A DNA stretch of 64,000 bases from Basidiobolus meristosporus CBS 931.73 (taxonomy: Eukaryota; Fungi; Basidiobolomycota): contig MCFE01000195.1 in NCBI GenBank assembly GCA_002104905.1, forward strand, positions 70,454 to 134,453, in the 5' to 3' direction. Under the pieces are notes generated by a model, which was not told the origin of the DNA, did not search any database, and saw only the letters and a program-made list of their open reading frames with translations. Below are positions 25,601 through 39,380 of this stretch, in pieces. Positions within the stretch are counted from its first letter, which is position 1, and each line of letters begins with the position of its first letter. The position numbers and the translations under genes are program-made.

Positions 25601-26494
25601 GATTACTCAATTGGTGGAGTGTTGAGCCACAAATACAAGGGAAAGGACTACCCCATTGCCATTGAATCCAAGAAACTGAACTCAGCAGAACAAAACTATC
25701 CAGTGCATGAGAAGAAGATGCTTGCTATAATACACTGTTTGAAGACATGGAGATGCTATATTGAAGGAGTCAAATGCACTGTAAAGACTGATCATGCCTC
25801 CCTCAAGTATATATTTACTCAGAAGGTACTCTCTAGAAGAATGACAAGATGGAGTGAATACATTCAGCAATTTGATTTGGAGAGAGTTGTCTACTGCCCT
25901 GGAAAAAACAACACAGGATGAAATACTCTACTGTGAATTGTTGATGGAAGCCCTATTGCCTATTGCCCGTATGTTTCTTGCCTGGATTTAATACATAAGC
26001 TAGACAATGGATATAAACATCTTGGAATTGAAGGAACCTATAGCCTTGTGAAAGCCAGAGCATGGTGGCCAAGAATGAAACATGACATTGAGAAGCTAGT
26101 GAAATCATGCCCAAATTGCCAAATCAACCAAGGCCAACCACAGAGAATTGCTGAACTCTTTCCCTTGGAGCCTGTTAGACCATTTGAAAGATGTGGAATT
26201 GACTTTATTGGAAGACTGCCAACTACCAGGAAATGCAACCATTGGATCCTAGTAGCAATTGACTATGCCACTAAATGGCCAGTGGCTAAAGCTGTACTTA
26301 TAGCCAGTGAACAAGAGGTTGCAAGTTTCATCTACCATGAGATCCTTATGAAGTTTGGATGCCCAGTAGAGATTCTATCCAATAGAGGTGCAAACTTTAT
26401 GGCAAAGACATTGGAAGCTTACCTGGAAATGCAGCAGATCAAGCACATGAAAACCATGGCATATCACTCCAGAACTAATAGAGTCACTGAACGG
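22682..26494 (+). mobile_element. Gypsy family A copy A3, decayed and 3'-truncated (5' LTR 22682-23050)
   Basis: LTR homologous to A1; PBS TTGGTAGCAGC; gag-pol from 23109 with stops and frameshifts, ending inside integrase. Confidence 0.93.
23109..26494 (+). pseudogene. gag-pol: A3 gag-pol pseudogene
   Basis: ORFs 23139-23795, 23811-24488, 24452-24775, 24815-25921 and 26048-26494 align to the A1 protein. Confidence 0.93.
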
Positions 26495-27568
26495 TGTAGT
26501 GAGGTCACAGTGACACCAACTGACAGATGTGCTCATTCACATATTTTCTACTTCCCTATATCTCTACTACATTTATTTTAGTTTTATCCCATTTGTCTTA
26601 CCCAGATCAGTACTATCCCATAAGCCTGGTTGGCTATCACACCTGCTTACCTTATTGCATAAGTTACCCCTCACTTTATGTAAGATTACTAGCTATAAGT
26701 ACTTCTATATTAGGCAAGTACCCGTGCCAGTACCCGTAACACATGATCAGCCCGTGTCACCATCCCTACCAGCTCTCATACCGTATATGGTATCCCCATG
26801 TTACACAGGTTTCAGAATACTGATTCCTGATTGGTTGGATGTGCTGTGCCTCTTAGAACCTTCCAGCACCTACTTAGAACATTCTTAGGTCATTCTGATG
26901 TCATTAAGATATCTATTGAACATCCGGAACCTTCTGGAACACCATGATTAGTAATCACTTAGCCAGTGAGAAAAGTATACAAGGGAGGCTATCCTCAACA
27001 ATAAATCATCATCCCTTTTATCAATATACCAACTTGTTGATTAGTGTGATCACTGCTACCTGCTGCTACCTGAACTTCCAACCCTAGACCACAGGACACT
27101 CCCAGGAAACCGCGCTGACAGCCAACTGACCTTGGAGGCACTACTTGTGAGGAATACTCAGAGTAGGTATCTTTTATTATATTTGATTCTTTCCCAAGTT
27201 TGTTCTTGTACAGGCAAAGATACTTTTCTGTCTTTGTAACTATTGACCAAAGCTGCATTCTTATCAAGTCCCTGCTGGTGGAGTTTACAGTTGTTTTGAC
27301 TTTGGAAGCTTTAGTACATTGTCATCTCAAAGGACGCTGAACCCAGCACATACTTTTGTTAAGACACCAACTAAGTTGGGGATTGTAGCTCAATAGTTTT
27401 CCCTTGACAAGCTTGTGGCTTTATTCCCCTTCACATTAGATTAGAGACAGAACCCAAGTATTCCTAGCAAGCTTTTGCCAGAGGTTATTGCACCCAGTGA
27501 ACACCCCACACACAAAACACTTGAGAAGTGTTGGACGTATCTCTCCCTTGGACCTATACACCACCACA
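26495..27568 (+). repeat. LTR family C solo LTR (1074 bp) with non-matching flanks
   Basis: TGTAGTG...CACCACA, near-identical to 60594-61664; flanks ACGG / CCGG. Confidence 0.9.
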
Positions 27569-27938
27569 CCGGAAGGTTCTAAGAGGCACAGCACATCCAA
27601 CCAATCAGGAATCAGTATTCTGAAACCTGTGTAACATGGGGATACCATATACAGCATGGAAATGGTAGGGATGGTGACACGGGCTGATCATGTGTCACGG
27701 GTACTGGCACGGGTACTTGCCTAATATAGAAGTACTAATAGCTAGTAATCTTACATAAAGGCGAGGGGTAACTTATGCAATAAGGTAAGCAGGTGTGATA
27801 GTCAACCGGCTAATGGGATAGTACTGATTGGGTAAGACAAATGGGATAAAACTAAAATAAGTGTAGTAGAGATATAGGGAAGTAGAAAATAAGGGAATGA
27901 GCACATCTGTCAGTGGGTGTCACTGTCACCCCACTACA
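27569..27938 (-). repeat. Inverted partial LTR-C (first ~370 bp)
   Basis: Reverse complement of 26495-26866. Confidence 0.9.
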
Positions 27939-27942
27939 CCGT

Positions 27943-28575
27943 TTTTGCTCTTGAGCATTGAATTAGCAATTTGTTCTTGACATTAAGGCAAATGCAGTTA
28001 AAGGCACTTTGTTCTTTCTTCTGGTACTTTAAGGCTTCCTCTCCCATGTTTTTAGGAGGGCATTCTTCTCCTATGACAATATCCCAAAGGCCTTTTCTTG
28101 TAGCAGCATCTTCATCTTCACCTTCCACACTTGGTAGTTAGAGCCATCCAACTTTTTGGAAGAGGGAAAAATTCCAGTAATAGCAGTAGTAGACATTGCA
28201 GATAGTGACAGCTTGGGGCTCATAACCTGTTGTCAGAGTCTTGGAGATATTGGAAGTCATTGGGAGAACAAGTAGATTATATGGTTTTCACTTAATGATT
28301 TATTAATGTAAAAGTAGTATTTATACTTTTACCTGGTCTTGGCATTACAAACATGTAGAATAGATTAAGGAAGGTCCCAAGAACATGTGTGCAAAGTTTG
28401 GGGCTGTTTGGACAACTTTGAGAATTTTCATGTTCTGGGTACCTGTTATTTTGGTGAAAATATTCTAAGTAAATCCTGACAAGGAATCTGGTCAGTATTC
28501 TCTAGGATTTGAAGGTGATGATCTAAGCAACTAAGTTAGGTGAATATTTAGATGGAAATACAAATTTTTACAACA
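27943..28575 (-). mobile_element. copia copy 2: 5' LTR (28228-28575), PBS (28216-28227) and gag start
   Basis: 348-bp LTR; GGTTATGAGCCC; gag ends at CSRAKT where LTR-C begins. Confidence 0.9.
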
Positions 28576-31495
28576 GTTGAGAATGTAGCAAACACAGTAC
28601 CCTCCACTGAAGATCAGCAAGTGGCTATGATAACATCACCACCACCCATATTAGCAAGTATGTTGTCAGCTCATACCAAAGCATTAATGAAGAAGTTAGG
28701 TGTAGTGGCTGATAGGATAGATGCCATGGCCCAGAGATATCAGGAAATAGTCCAGAAACAGGATGAGCGGATAAGATGTGTAGAGTAATCAATATCCCAG
28801 GTAGAGAAAGCAGTATCTGTGCTGCAAAGAAGAAACTCAAGTAGCTCAATGACACAGCCAAGAATTGAGCCATTTCCCAATGTAACAGCAGAAGAACACC
28901 ATAGAGTCTCTGAAGCACAACATCAGTGCCCAAAGATAAAGCCCACAGAAAAACCTATCACAGTGTGGGAGGGAGACAATGTGGTGTTTATACCAAAGCC
29001 TAAAAATCAAAAGACATTGACAATTGAAGAAGCTGTTGAGTGCAATAATGAAGAGTGGGCTAATACACAAGAGGCTGTTAAAAGTCTAGCACACCATCAC
29101 CTTAAGGCTGGCATACCATGGGACCATCAGGAACTCAAGGCCAAACAGAATACACTTGACTTGTTCTATGAGCATTATCCCGGACTCAAATGGGCAAACA
29201 AATTTTGGGCCAGAATTGGTATGCTAAGAAAGTATCTTAAGAATAGCAGAAATTATCAAAGGCAGAAGAGCAAGGGTGCCATGGCTAAAAACCAGCGGCT
29301 TCCTCAAGAGCCTGTTACAAGCATGGCCAAAAGCTCTAGACAAGCATCAAAGAGATGTCAGATAGCTGAAAGAGTGCTAATTAGGGACAAGCAGGCAGAC
29401 ACAGATGCACCAGCACAACATTTATCAAGGAAAAAGCATAGTACCTCTCAAGAAGCACCCAGTCAAAGTAGCAATGAAGGACCTGGCAGCAATAAAAACC
29501 AGCCGCTTTTACAGGAGCCCATCACAACTATGGTTGAGAGTTCAAAACAAGTGGAAAAGAAATGTCAGGTTGCCAGAAGAGTGCCTGCAAGGGACAAGCA
29601 GGCCAAAACAGATGCATCAGAGCAGAATTTATCCAGGAGAAAATGTAGTTGTTTATAAGAAGCACTCAGACAAAGTAGCAGTGAAAGACCTAGCAGTGAT
29701 AAAGGAAATGGTAAAGGGAAAAATGTCTACTCAAGCCTGAGACAGGGAGTGTGGTAATGGAAAGTATTCCATTACTACAATATCTCTAAACCAATATTGC
29801 ACTCATTTCTTTATTTTGCTTTTTGCTATCATAACACACAAGCAAAAGATCAAGAATTTCCAACTTTGAAGAACAAATGCTCCAGACCCTGACAAGCAAT
29901 CCACCCAAGAATATTATGTCATACAGAACACATAGTAGCCAACACATGTTTCAGATTACAGCTCATTTGAAGCAGTACTTAAGGAGTTATGACCAAAATA
30001 GTCCAATTACTATATATACTATGCCTTATTGCTAGGATTACTATGGTGACTTTGATTGCATGTAACTTATGAACCAGCCAACCAAATCACGTGAAATTTT
30101 CACAGGTGCTGCGCCTATGTTTGATCTACGCCACTGCATATTTTAGCTTTGTTTCACATGTATAGTGTGCGCAATTGCCCAAAAACTTTGATCCTTCAAA
30201 ATTTTCATATATATGACTTCCCCAGCTGAAAAATAAAGGAGAGCCTCACTTTCCAGAATCTCCACTCTACAATTACAAGTTTAAAGGTTATAAGACTTCC
30301 CTTGCATCACTTGCACTGTTGAGTATTCTGACTTTGATCAGTACTACATCAGTAAAGAGACTGCAAAGCTCACAAGAATCCAATCTAAGTTCTACAAGAA
30401 ACTACCACCTTTCTGTTGGAAAAGTCCCCTCCAAGAAACCCCTTTACTCTAAAGACACCCCTTTAGACACCCCTTTAGGTCTAAAGACCCCTTTAGAGAC
30501 TTCTACAACACACCCCTTTAGGTTAAAGGGGAGTTCAGAATTTCCATATCAGGAAATATTTACTCAGAAAGGAAAGTGACTTCCAAATAAGGAAAGGTTA
30601 CTATAAAAGTAAATAAGCCCATTAGTCAACAGAAGGTCAGAACACTGCTGTAGAAGTGATAAACACTGCCTACAGTATATTTTGAGCCTAAGATTGAGGA
30701 AATTAGTGAAAACTATTTCTTCTATTGGTATATCAGACTCCCAATAAACTATTTCAGTATTAGCATACTGGAAGTTGTTGTATATTGTTGATTAGCCTCT
30801 ACATTGTAGAACAAGCTCCAAACTAATTGTAATACAACACAACAGGAGGCATGCACAAGTAACTGCAGTTCTTGCCAATTAACACTGCAAGCCAGGAACA
30901 GACAGAATCCCATCATAGCCAAGAAGAATTACCAACAAGAAAACAACTGCATTCACAAGAGTTGGAAGCACACCCAGTTGAGCTACACTCCAGCAAGGTA
31001 GATGAGTTTGCTGAAAAAGGCAATTTGTCTACCACAGCCTCCATTGTTGACAGAGTGGAGATCCCACTGATGGACAAGGCTACAACATCAAGAGCTTGAA
31101 AGACTATCACAATGCCTTCAGTGAAGTTTTGGAACATTAATAAGCACACCAAGAGGTTGCAGCACTTCTTCAAGAGCAGTGCTCAAGAAAATGCACTGGA
31201 ATATTGCAATGATTTATTGCAAAGACTGGCAGATGAGGAGCTAGACCTTGCAGTGCTAGCTGAAGACCAAGATGTGTGGGAATCAGTGAATGAGCAGTGG
31301 CATAAAGCCATTGGGTTCCTGCCAAAGTTGTGGAACCAGAGCATTACAGCAGAAATACTTATTGAGTGGTGGATTTTATTGGAGTTACTTGTTGAGTGTG
31401 GGGTTGGGCTTAATGTTAGTGTAGGGTATAGGGACTTGTATAGGTTGATACAATTGGCATTGAGATACATCTGAAGTTTCAACAGTAATAAAGCA
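28576..31495 (+). pseudogene. Family D ORF1 copy D4, split by solo LTR G
   Basis: ORF 28819-29658 (HHLKAGIPWDHQELKAKQ); 30872-31474 continues the same gene as in D7. Confidence 0.85.
29750..30844. repeat. Solo LTR, family G (1095 bp)
   Basis: TGTGG...CAACA; TSD GGAG/GGAG; removal restores D7-like GACAGGGAGGCATGC. Confidence 0.75.
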
Positions 31496-31990
31496 ATTTG
31501 CCTCTTGTATATTATCCCACTCTTCATTATTGCACTCAACAGCTTCACAGATCTTCAATGTCTTTTGATTTTTAGGATTTGGTATAAACACCACATTGTC
31601 TCCCTCCCACACTGTGATAGGTTTTTCTGTGGGCTTCATCTTTGGGCACTGTTGTTGTGCTTCAAAGACTGTATGGTGTTCCTCTGCTGTTGCATTGGGA
31701 AATGGCTCAATTCTTAGCTGTGAAAATCAGCTACTTGAGTTCCTTCTTTGCAGCAAAAATACTGCTTTCTCTAACAGGGATATTGTTTGCTCTACACATT
31801 TTATCCGCTCATCCTGTTTCTGGACTATGTCTGATTTCCCTGGGCCGTTGCATCTATCTTATCAGCCACTGCACCAAATTGCTTCATTGATGCTTTAGTA
31901 TTAGCTGACAACATACTTACTAATTTGGGTGGTGGTGATATTATGAGAACCACTTGCTGGTCTTCTATTGAGGGTCCAGCAATTGCAATA
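31496..31990 (-). pseudogene. Inverted D ORF1 N-terminal fragment (D5)
   Basis: KPTEKPITVWEGDNVVFIP...NIQEA on the minus strand. Confidence 0.8.
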
Positions 31991-34442
31991 TATGGCCTCC
32001 TGGACCATTGCAGTATACTGCAAAGAGTTCTGGCCATCCTCCTGGATTGATTGTATCAGGAGGACTTTACCCAATTTGCAGGTGCACAGTATATGACAGA
32101 TGGTGAAGTGGTGCAATCAGCAAATTTGCTTATCTATAATATCTCAAGTATTAAACAGCTCCATGTGCCTGTCAATGGCTTGTAGCTTGTTCACTATATT
32201 GCAGCTGGATACTGACTACTACACATTATCTCCATGGAAATATAACTGACTTATTGAAGGTGTTTTATTGATCACTAAGTAAGTTACAGAGTACCTGCTG
32301 TGGGTTTCACACACTCATCACTATGTCATCCATATTACTCAGAAAAGCTACCATATTGCTGATTGCTGGGGTATATCTATTGTAGAAAACCAAAGTGGCT
32401 TTGATAAGGTATCCACATACTAGCTTGCACTAAATGGTGTTGTTGAAATATCAGAGAGATATACCAAAAGTGAAATGGAGAATTGGAAGATTTACATGAT
32501 ATTCACTAGTTTATTTATAGAGTTGCCACATACTTTGTATACTTACATCAGAACTACATACATGTAACTACTTGCTCATTATTAGGGGAATCTCAGGAAT
32601 ACATGTATCAAGTTTCAGCTCATGTGGGGATGTTTCAAATATTTCCAAAGGCTTGTACTTCACTGATTTCTAATAGTTAGCAAATCTCTTACAAACTAAT
32701 TTTAGGTTAATATTCTGAAATATGTCATGTAACTAAGTGCTGGATCATTATATATTAATGATTAGGCAGATTCCTAACTATTTCAACACTCCCACTCACA
32801 TAATATATTCATATACTTATGAACTTGCTGTGATGTTATGTATCTCCAGTTGAAATTAATCCTTCAAGTAGCCATTTAACCTATTGGACTAATGTATTCT
32901 CCAATATATGTTAGGGACTGCATATTATCTGTAATAACTAAGTGTAAACCTTTGCTATTAATTTCATGCTTCAGATCAAATTATTTGAGTCTGAATTCTG
33001 AACTCATCACAAAATATCTGTGAATGAGAACCATCCACGTAACTGGGGCAAAATCTTGAGATGCAAACTGTATCTTATCATACCTCCAACCATTAGGTAG
33101 CTGCATTATCCGGCTTTCTGCTGCTGCTTATTTGAGTGTAATTGGTCTGTAACTGGCAAATTTATGATGGAGCTAGTTCCCAAAAGATCTAGATTGTCCA
33201 CAGTTCCTGTGTATTGTCAAATTCACTTAGAATATTCTCTGTATATGTATAGCTGCATCTCAACAATAACCTTTCATTTATTTTCCATATATCTTCTGCT
33301 AGGACCAATAACTGGTCAGCATTATAGTAGCCTTAATTGTCACCAGTTGATCTAATGTTTCCTCTTCTGGACTAGTGCTTTCAATGGTACTTAAGCTAGG
33401 TTTCCTGCACCCCTACTGTGGGATATTGTACTTCCACTGAAGCTATGACTTCTTGTGCTTCCTGCCTTCTAAAATTGACTAAGATAGATCATATTTATAT
33501 CCTTCTGATCTAGGCACACCTTTTTTGGACTGATTATTCTGTTACATACACAGATCTTCCATCTGCATCTTGATAGGCTTGATTTGGTATTACCTTGTAC
33601 TGCAGTCTGATTGGTAGCTATTTGCAGATGCTTCATCCTAAACACAATTGATTTGTTGTACTACACACCATTGCACTCAAACCATACAACTGGATCTGGC
33701 ACTTTTCAATTGCAAAAATCTAAAATAACAGCCCTGATTTGCACCATTACCTTTAATAGAGTATTCCAGCATAGAGCATAGTTGACAGCACAAATAGACA
33801 AGCTCATGATTTTCTACACCTATTATATCCCTTAGGTTGGATCTCAGTACCACTTCTCTAGCTCTAACTGCAAGGGATTTGACTTTATTGTACACCATAA
33901 GATTTATGTTACCTATGAGCTTGTAGTTTCTCATGTACTTTTCTGCTGCTTTTCCAAGCATCAATACTCCATTATCCTTGTGTGGTATGATTGCTGGATA
34001 ATATCTAGTGTGTGGGATAGTCACAATTTGGCTTAGGTATCTCCCAACTCCATGAAGAAACTGGCAACTTATTTGCAGTAGGTTTTTGTTTCATATCTGG
34101 TCTTGAAGATACTTGTTGCTAGATTTTCCTTTTTGATCAAGTTCTGGATCATGCAGGTAGCATATGCATGGCTTGTCAGATTCCCTAGAGTTCTTGTGAA
34201 CCTCCTGTCTGAAGAGCACTTCTAGTCTAAGATGTTTCATCCAAATTGGTCATCCACTTAGATCTGAAATAACTTTTCACAGGCTTGAACAAATTTGATC
34301 AAATAAACTTCCTTAAAAGCAGTTTCTCTCAGCATCCTGATAGCAGATATCACTTACTACAGTGTGGCTGTAGCTGTGAGCTGCAAGTAAATTAATCTGC
34401 ATATAATAGCAAGATTATATTTCATCCATGTTAATCTACATG

Positions 34443-37400
34443 TGTTACAAGTCTTGGTATAAGAGTTGTAGAGGAATAGGGAGTTTAGCTAGTATTGTAT
34501 TCACTAAAACTTGAACTGATTTTTATTGAGGTTCCAGCAGCTCCTTATATACATTTTGCCAGATCAATTGCTGACTAATTGTATTTCCTAATGTAGGTTG
34601 TGGCTGATGACTCATTTGATTGCATCATCATCACCCAATAAGATCCTACTTAATATATCTATTTCTGTCTGATAAGGATCTGCTGATTCATTTGCTGACT
34701 AATGCTACTGATTTCATAGATAATACTGATGTACTGATAACCTAAACATATACTAACTGATTTGACTAAAAACTGATCTAACTTAAACATTCAAGCGGCA
34801 GATCATAACATTCTCCCCTACTAAAGTTGAGAGGGTTCTCCTGAATCTCTTTTCTTCTGATACCAATATCTTGATGGTTCAGTATTATCAGCAAGTCTTG
34901 CAAGCTTGAGTCTGTCCCTATGCACTAAGTCTTCCCGGATATTGCCTTGTTTGTCCACCAGTTGGTAAGTTGCAAATGGACATTCTCTGATGATCTTGAA
35001 TGGTCCTGTCCATTGTGGCTCAAACTTCTTCCGAGTGTTGTTTCTTAGCAATACAAAGTTCCCAACTGTCAATGCTTCTGGTGCTATAGTCTTATCAAAT
35101 CTCTGCTTCATCTTTTCTGCACTTTGAGATACTTTGGTCTGTGCCTCTTGACGTCTTTGTTCCAGTTGCTGGTGTCTACTTGGCTGACTGAGTTCATCTT
35201 CTAAGGTGTCTGTAAGCTTTGGTTGTGTGAGATCTCCTGGAATCCTTGGTTCACATCCATAAACTAAGTAAAATGGTGATTGCTGGGTGGTGTTGTGTAC
35301 TCTGACTCTGCATGCAAAGAGTGCTTGGTCTATATACTCATCCCATCTACTGACAACTCCATTTGCATACTTGGTCAGCATTTTTCCAAATAATCCATTA
35401 AACCGCTCAGTGACTCCATTAGTTCTGGGGTGATATGCCGAGGTTTTCAAGTGTCTGATCTGCTGCATTTCCAGGTAAGCCTCTAATGTCTTTGCCATAA
35501 AGTTTGCACCTCTATCGGATAAGATCTCCACAGGGCATCCAAACTTCATCAGGATCTCATGGTAAATGAAACTTGCAACTTCTTGTTCACTGGCTATTGG
35601 TACAGCTTTAGCAACTGGCCATTTAGTGGCATGGTCAATTGCTACTAGGATCCAACGGTTGCATTTCCTGGTAGTTGGCAGTCTTCCAATAAAGTCAATT
35701 CCCCATCTCTCAAATGGTCTTACAGGCTCCAAAGGGAAGAGTTCGGCAATTCTTTGTGGCTGGCCTTGATTGATTTGGCAGTTTGGGCATGTTTTTACTA
35801 GCTTCTCAATGTCTTGTTTCATTCTGGGCCACCATGCTCTGGCTTTTACAAGGCTATAGGTTCCTTCAATCCCAAGATGTCCATATCCATTGTGTAGCTT
35901 ATGTATTAAATCCAGGCGAGCAACATAAGGACAATAGGCAATAGGGCTTCCATCAACAATTCGGTAGAGTGTTTCATTCTGTACAACAAATTTGCTGGCC
36001 TCATCACGGATTATCTTCTTGATATCTTCATCCACCTCATTAGGAATGGCTTGGTCCTCCAAGTACTTTGGTAATAGGCTAGGCCAATCTGATTCATGCA
36101 CCAAGTTGAGTTGTGCAACTTGATCTAATCTTGATAAGGCATCAGCAACCGTGTTGTTTTTTCCAGGACAGTAGACAATCTCCAGGTCAAATTGTTGAAT
36201 GTATTCACTCCATCTTGTCATTCTTCTAGAGAGTACCTTCTGAGTAAATATATACTTGAGGGAGGCATGATCAGTCTTCACAGTGCATTTGACTCCTTCA
36301 ATATAGCATCTCCATGTCTTCAAACAGTGTATTATAGCAAGCATCTCCTTCTCATGAACTGGATAGTTTTGTTCTGCTGAGTTCAGTTTCTTGGATTCAA
36401 AGGCAACAGGGTAGTCCTTTCCCTCGTGTTCTTGGCTCAGCACTCCACCAATTGCATAATCTGAAGCATCTGTGCACAGAGTGAACTCTTTTCTGAAGTC
36501 TGGTATTCTTAAGCTTGGCAGCTTAGCAAGTTCATTCTTTAGTGTCTGGAAGGCAGTCTCACAAGCTATGTCCCACTTGTAGGTATTGTCTTTCTTGAGG
36601 ATATCAGTTAAAGGGGCTGCAATACTTGCAAATGACTTGACAAATCTCCGATAATAGGAAACCATTCCAAGGAAGGATCTGAGTTCTGATATGCTATGGG
36701 GCTGCTTCAAATTCTTGATTACTTCCACCTTCTTGGGGTCTAAGGTTACTCCTGTGCTAGTCACTATGTGTCCCAGATATTCTACGTGTTCTTTGAAGAA
36801 TTCACACTTGGCTAGCTTGCCGTATAGCTTGTTCTCTCTTAGTTTCTTCAAGACCTTTTCAATGTGCACCATGTGATCCTTTTCTGTCTTGCTGTATATC
36901 AATATGTCATCCAGGTAGATTATCACAAACTTGTCTAAGTACTCCTGAAAGACAGTCTGCATCAGCGTCATGAATGTTGCAGGGGCATTAGTGAGGCCAA
37001 AACTCATGACTAAGTACTCGTAATGTCCATATCTGGTCCTGAATGCTGTCTTAGGGATATCTTCTGGTTTCACCCTAATCTGGTTGTATCCTGACATGAG
37101 GTCGATCTTGCTGAAAATAGTGGCTCCATTAAGTTGGTCCAAAAGCTCATCAATCCGAGGTATGGGGTACTTATTCTTGACGGTAACTGAGTTCAGGGCT
37201 CTGTAGTAATGCACATCCTAAGTGTTCCATCCTTCTTTTTCACAAAAAGCACTGGTGCTCCCCAGGGTGACTTGCTGGGCCTGATGTATCCTTGCTCCAA
37301 TAGCTGATCAATTTGTCTCTTCATTTCCTCCAATTCCAATGGACTCATTCTGTAAGGTGTCTTGCTTACTGGAGGGCTATCTCCTGTGTCAATGGCATGA

Positions 37401-39380
37401 TCCACGTCTCTGACTGGTGGTAGGCTTACAAGCTCATCTGGAAACACATCTGAGTATTTCTTCAAGAGAGTCTGGACCTGCTGGGGTGCTGGGGTAGAGA
37501 AATCCTCCTGTAATACCGCCATGAGGAACATCTCGGTACCTTTTCTAAGTGCTCTACAGAACTGGGTCTTGCTAAGTTCACTTGTCTCACACACACTGGA
37601 ATTGACCAAGTTGAAATCCAGCCTGGCAGGTAATAGCTCATAGGTCTTGTTGTCTTTTTGGATCTGAGTAGCATGGGTTCTCCAGTTGATTGATGGATTA
37701 CGACAAAATAGCCAGGTTTTCCCAAGTACAAGGTCAAACTTGCAGTTCCCAAATATATAAGCCTGTAGGTCTTCTTCATAGTCATTGATCTTCATTCTTA
37801 CTGGCTGGGTAATACGGTTGATTATGTGGGAGTTCCCATCAGCTGTGGAGACTGAAGTTGATTTGGTAGGTTCCGAGTTGATTCCAGCTTTCAAAGCAAA
37901 TTGCTCTGACATGTACTCATGCGATGCTCCTGAGTCAATCATGATCTTGGCAGGTACTCCATTGATTGCTCCATTCAGGTACAATAACTTCCCTGAGTTT
38001 GAAGTCATTTGGGACAAGTACTCTTCTGTCATATGGAAGGTGAGTTCCAAGTCTTCTTCAAGCTCATCTTCCTCATTATTGTGTTCATGGGACTCAATAT
38101 GGTTGAAGGTTCTTGTTGGCTGGTGTCCATTTCTTCTCTGAGGGCAGTACTTTGCAATATGTCCCTGCTGGTGGCAATTGAAGCAAAGTCCTCTCTTCTT
38201 GCATTCTTCTGAGGAGGGGTTCTTCTGCATAGCGTCTATTTCCATTGGTACTGCTTCTGATTGTCTTCTTTCATAATGATTATAGCCTTTCTGACTAGTC
38301 ACTGTAGGCTTCCCAACTCCAAACATAGCTGAGTCATAGTCAATGGCAATCTTGATGGCTTCTTCAATAGTCTGAGGTCTTCGGTAATTGACTTCCTTGC
38401 GAGTTCTTTCTTTCAACCCATCAATAAAGTATTCAACTTGATCCAAGGGGTCCATTCTTTCAATTTGTCCAAGTAGACATCTGTACTCATAGATGTATTC
38501 TTGCACCATTCCTTTCTGTCTGAGTGTCTTTAACTTCCTTCTTAGTAGTGTCTGCTGGTGTGGAGGTTCAAAAGCATCCTGAATTTCCGACACAAACTCA
38601 TCCCAGGTAGAGATTGTAGAGCATCCCATCATAGTAGCTGACCTGATCTTGTTGTGGTACCACTGTAAAGCTGCATCTGCCAGGTAAGAAGCTGCATAAT
38701 GCAACTTGCTCTCTGGAGCAATTCCTTTAGCTTTAAAAGCTTCTTCAATCTGAAAGAGCCAAGTTCCCAGGTTTTCATTGACTCTGCCATGGTACCGGTT
38801 GACCTTCACACTAAAGTTGCTCTTGACAGGGCTTTGCTGGCTCTGAGCCATGGTAGTCATTCCTTGTTGCTGTTGGCTGAGGATCTGGAGTAGCTGTTGC
38901 TGTTGGGCCAGGATTTGCTGCATGGCATTTTTCCATTCTTGATTGTCCGACATCTCGAGGGTGGTTTCTTCTTTTCTTCAGGAGGGAGGTTTCTGGTTAT
39001 CGCTGCTACCAATGTTACAAGTCTTGGTATAAGAGTTGTAGAGGAATAGGGAGTTTAGCTAGTATTGTATTCACTAAAACTTGAACTGATTTTTATTGAG
39101 GTTCCAGCAGCTCCTTATATACATTTTGCCAGATCAATTGCTGACTAATTGTATTTCCTAATGTAGGTTGTGGCTGATGACTCATTTGATTGCATCATCA
39201 TCACCCAATAAGATCCTACTTAATATATCTATTTCTGTCTGATAAGGATCTGCTGATTCATTTGCTGACTAATGCTACTGATTTCATAGATAATACTGAT
39301 GTACTGATAACCTAAACATATACTAACTGATTTGACTAAAAACTGATCTAACTTAAACATTCAAGCGGCAGATCATAACA
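34443..39380 (-). mobile_element. Gypsy family A copy A2, full length (4938 bp)
   Basis: LTRs 34443-34810 and 39013-39380; TSD CATG/CATG; nearly identical to A1. Confidence 0.98.
34821..38953 (-). pseudogene. gag-pol: A2 gag-pol with a 1-bp deletion in RT at ~37207
   Basis: ORFs 37193-38953 and 34821-37214; A1 GTAGTCAATGC vs A2 GTAGTAATGC. Confidence 0.92.

Noticed and set aside
26995-27267. 90-aa ORF repeated at 61091-61363 as a conserved LTR-encoded protein
   Set aside because: Non-ATG start, and conservation is explained by near-identity of the two LTR copies; it is truncated or deleted in other copies.
37193-37214. Overlapping ORFs in A2 as a programmed gag-pol frameshift
   Set aside because: The break is a 1-bp deletion inside the RT CIDYR motif; A1 is continuous there and no slippery site is evident. 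It is a mutation or sequencing error.
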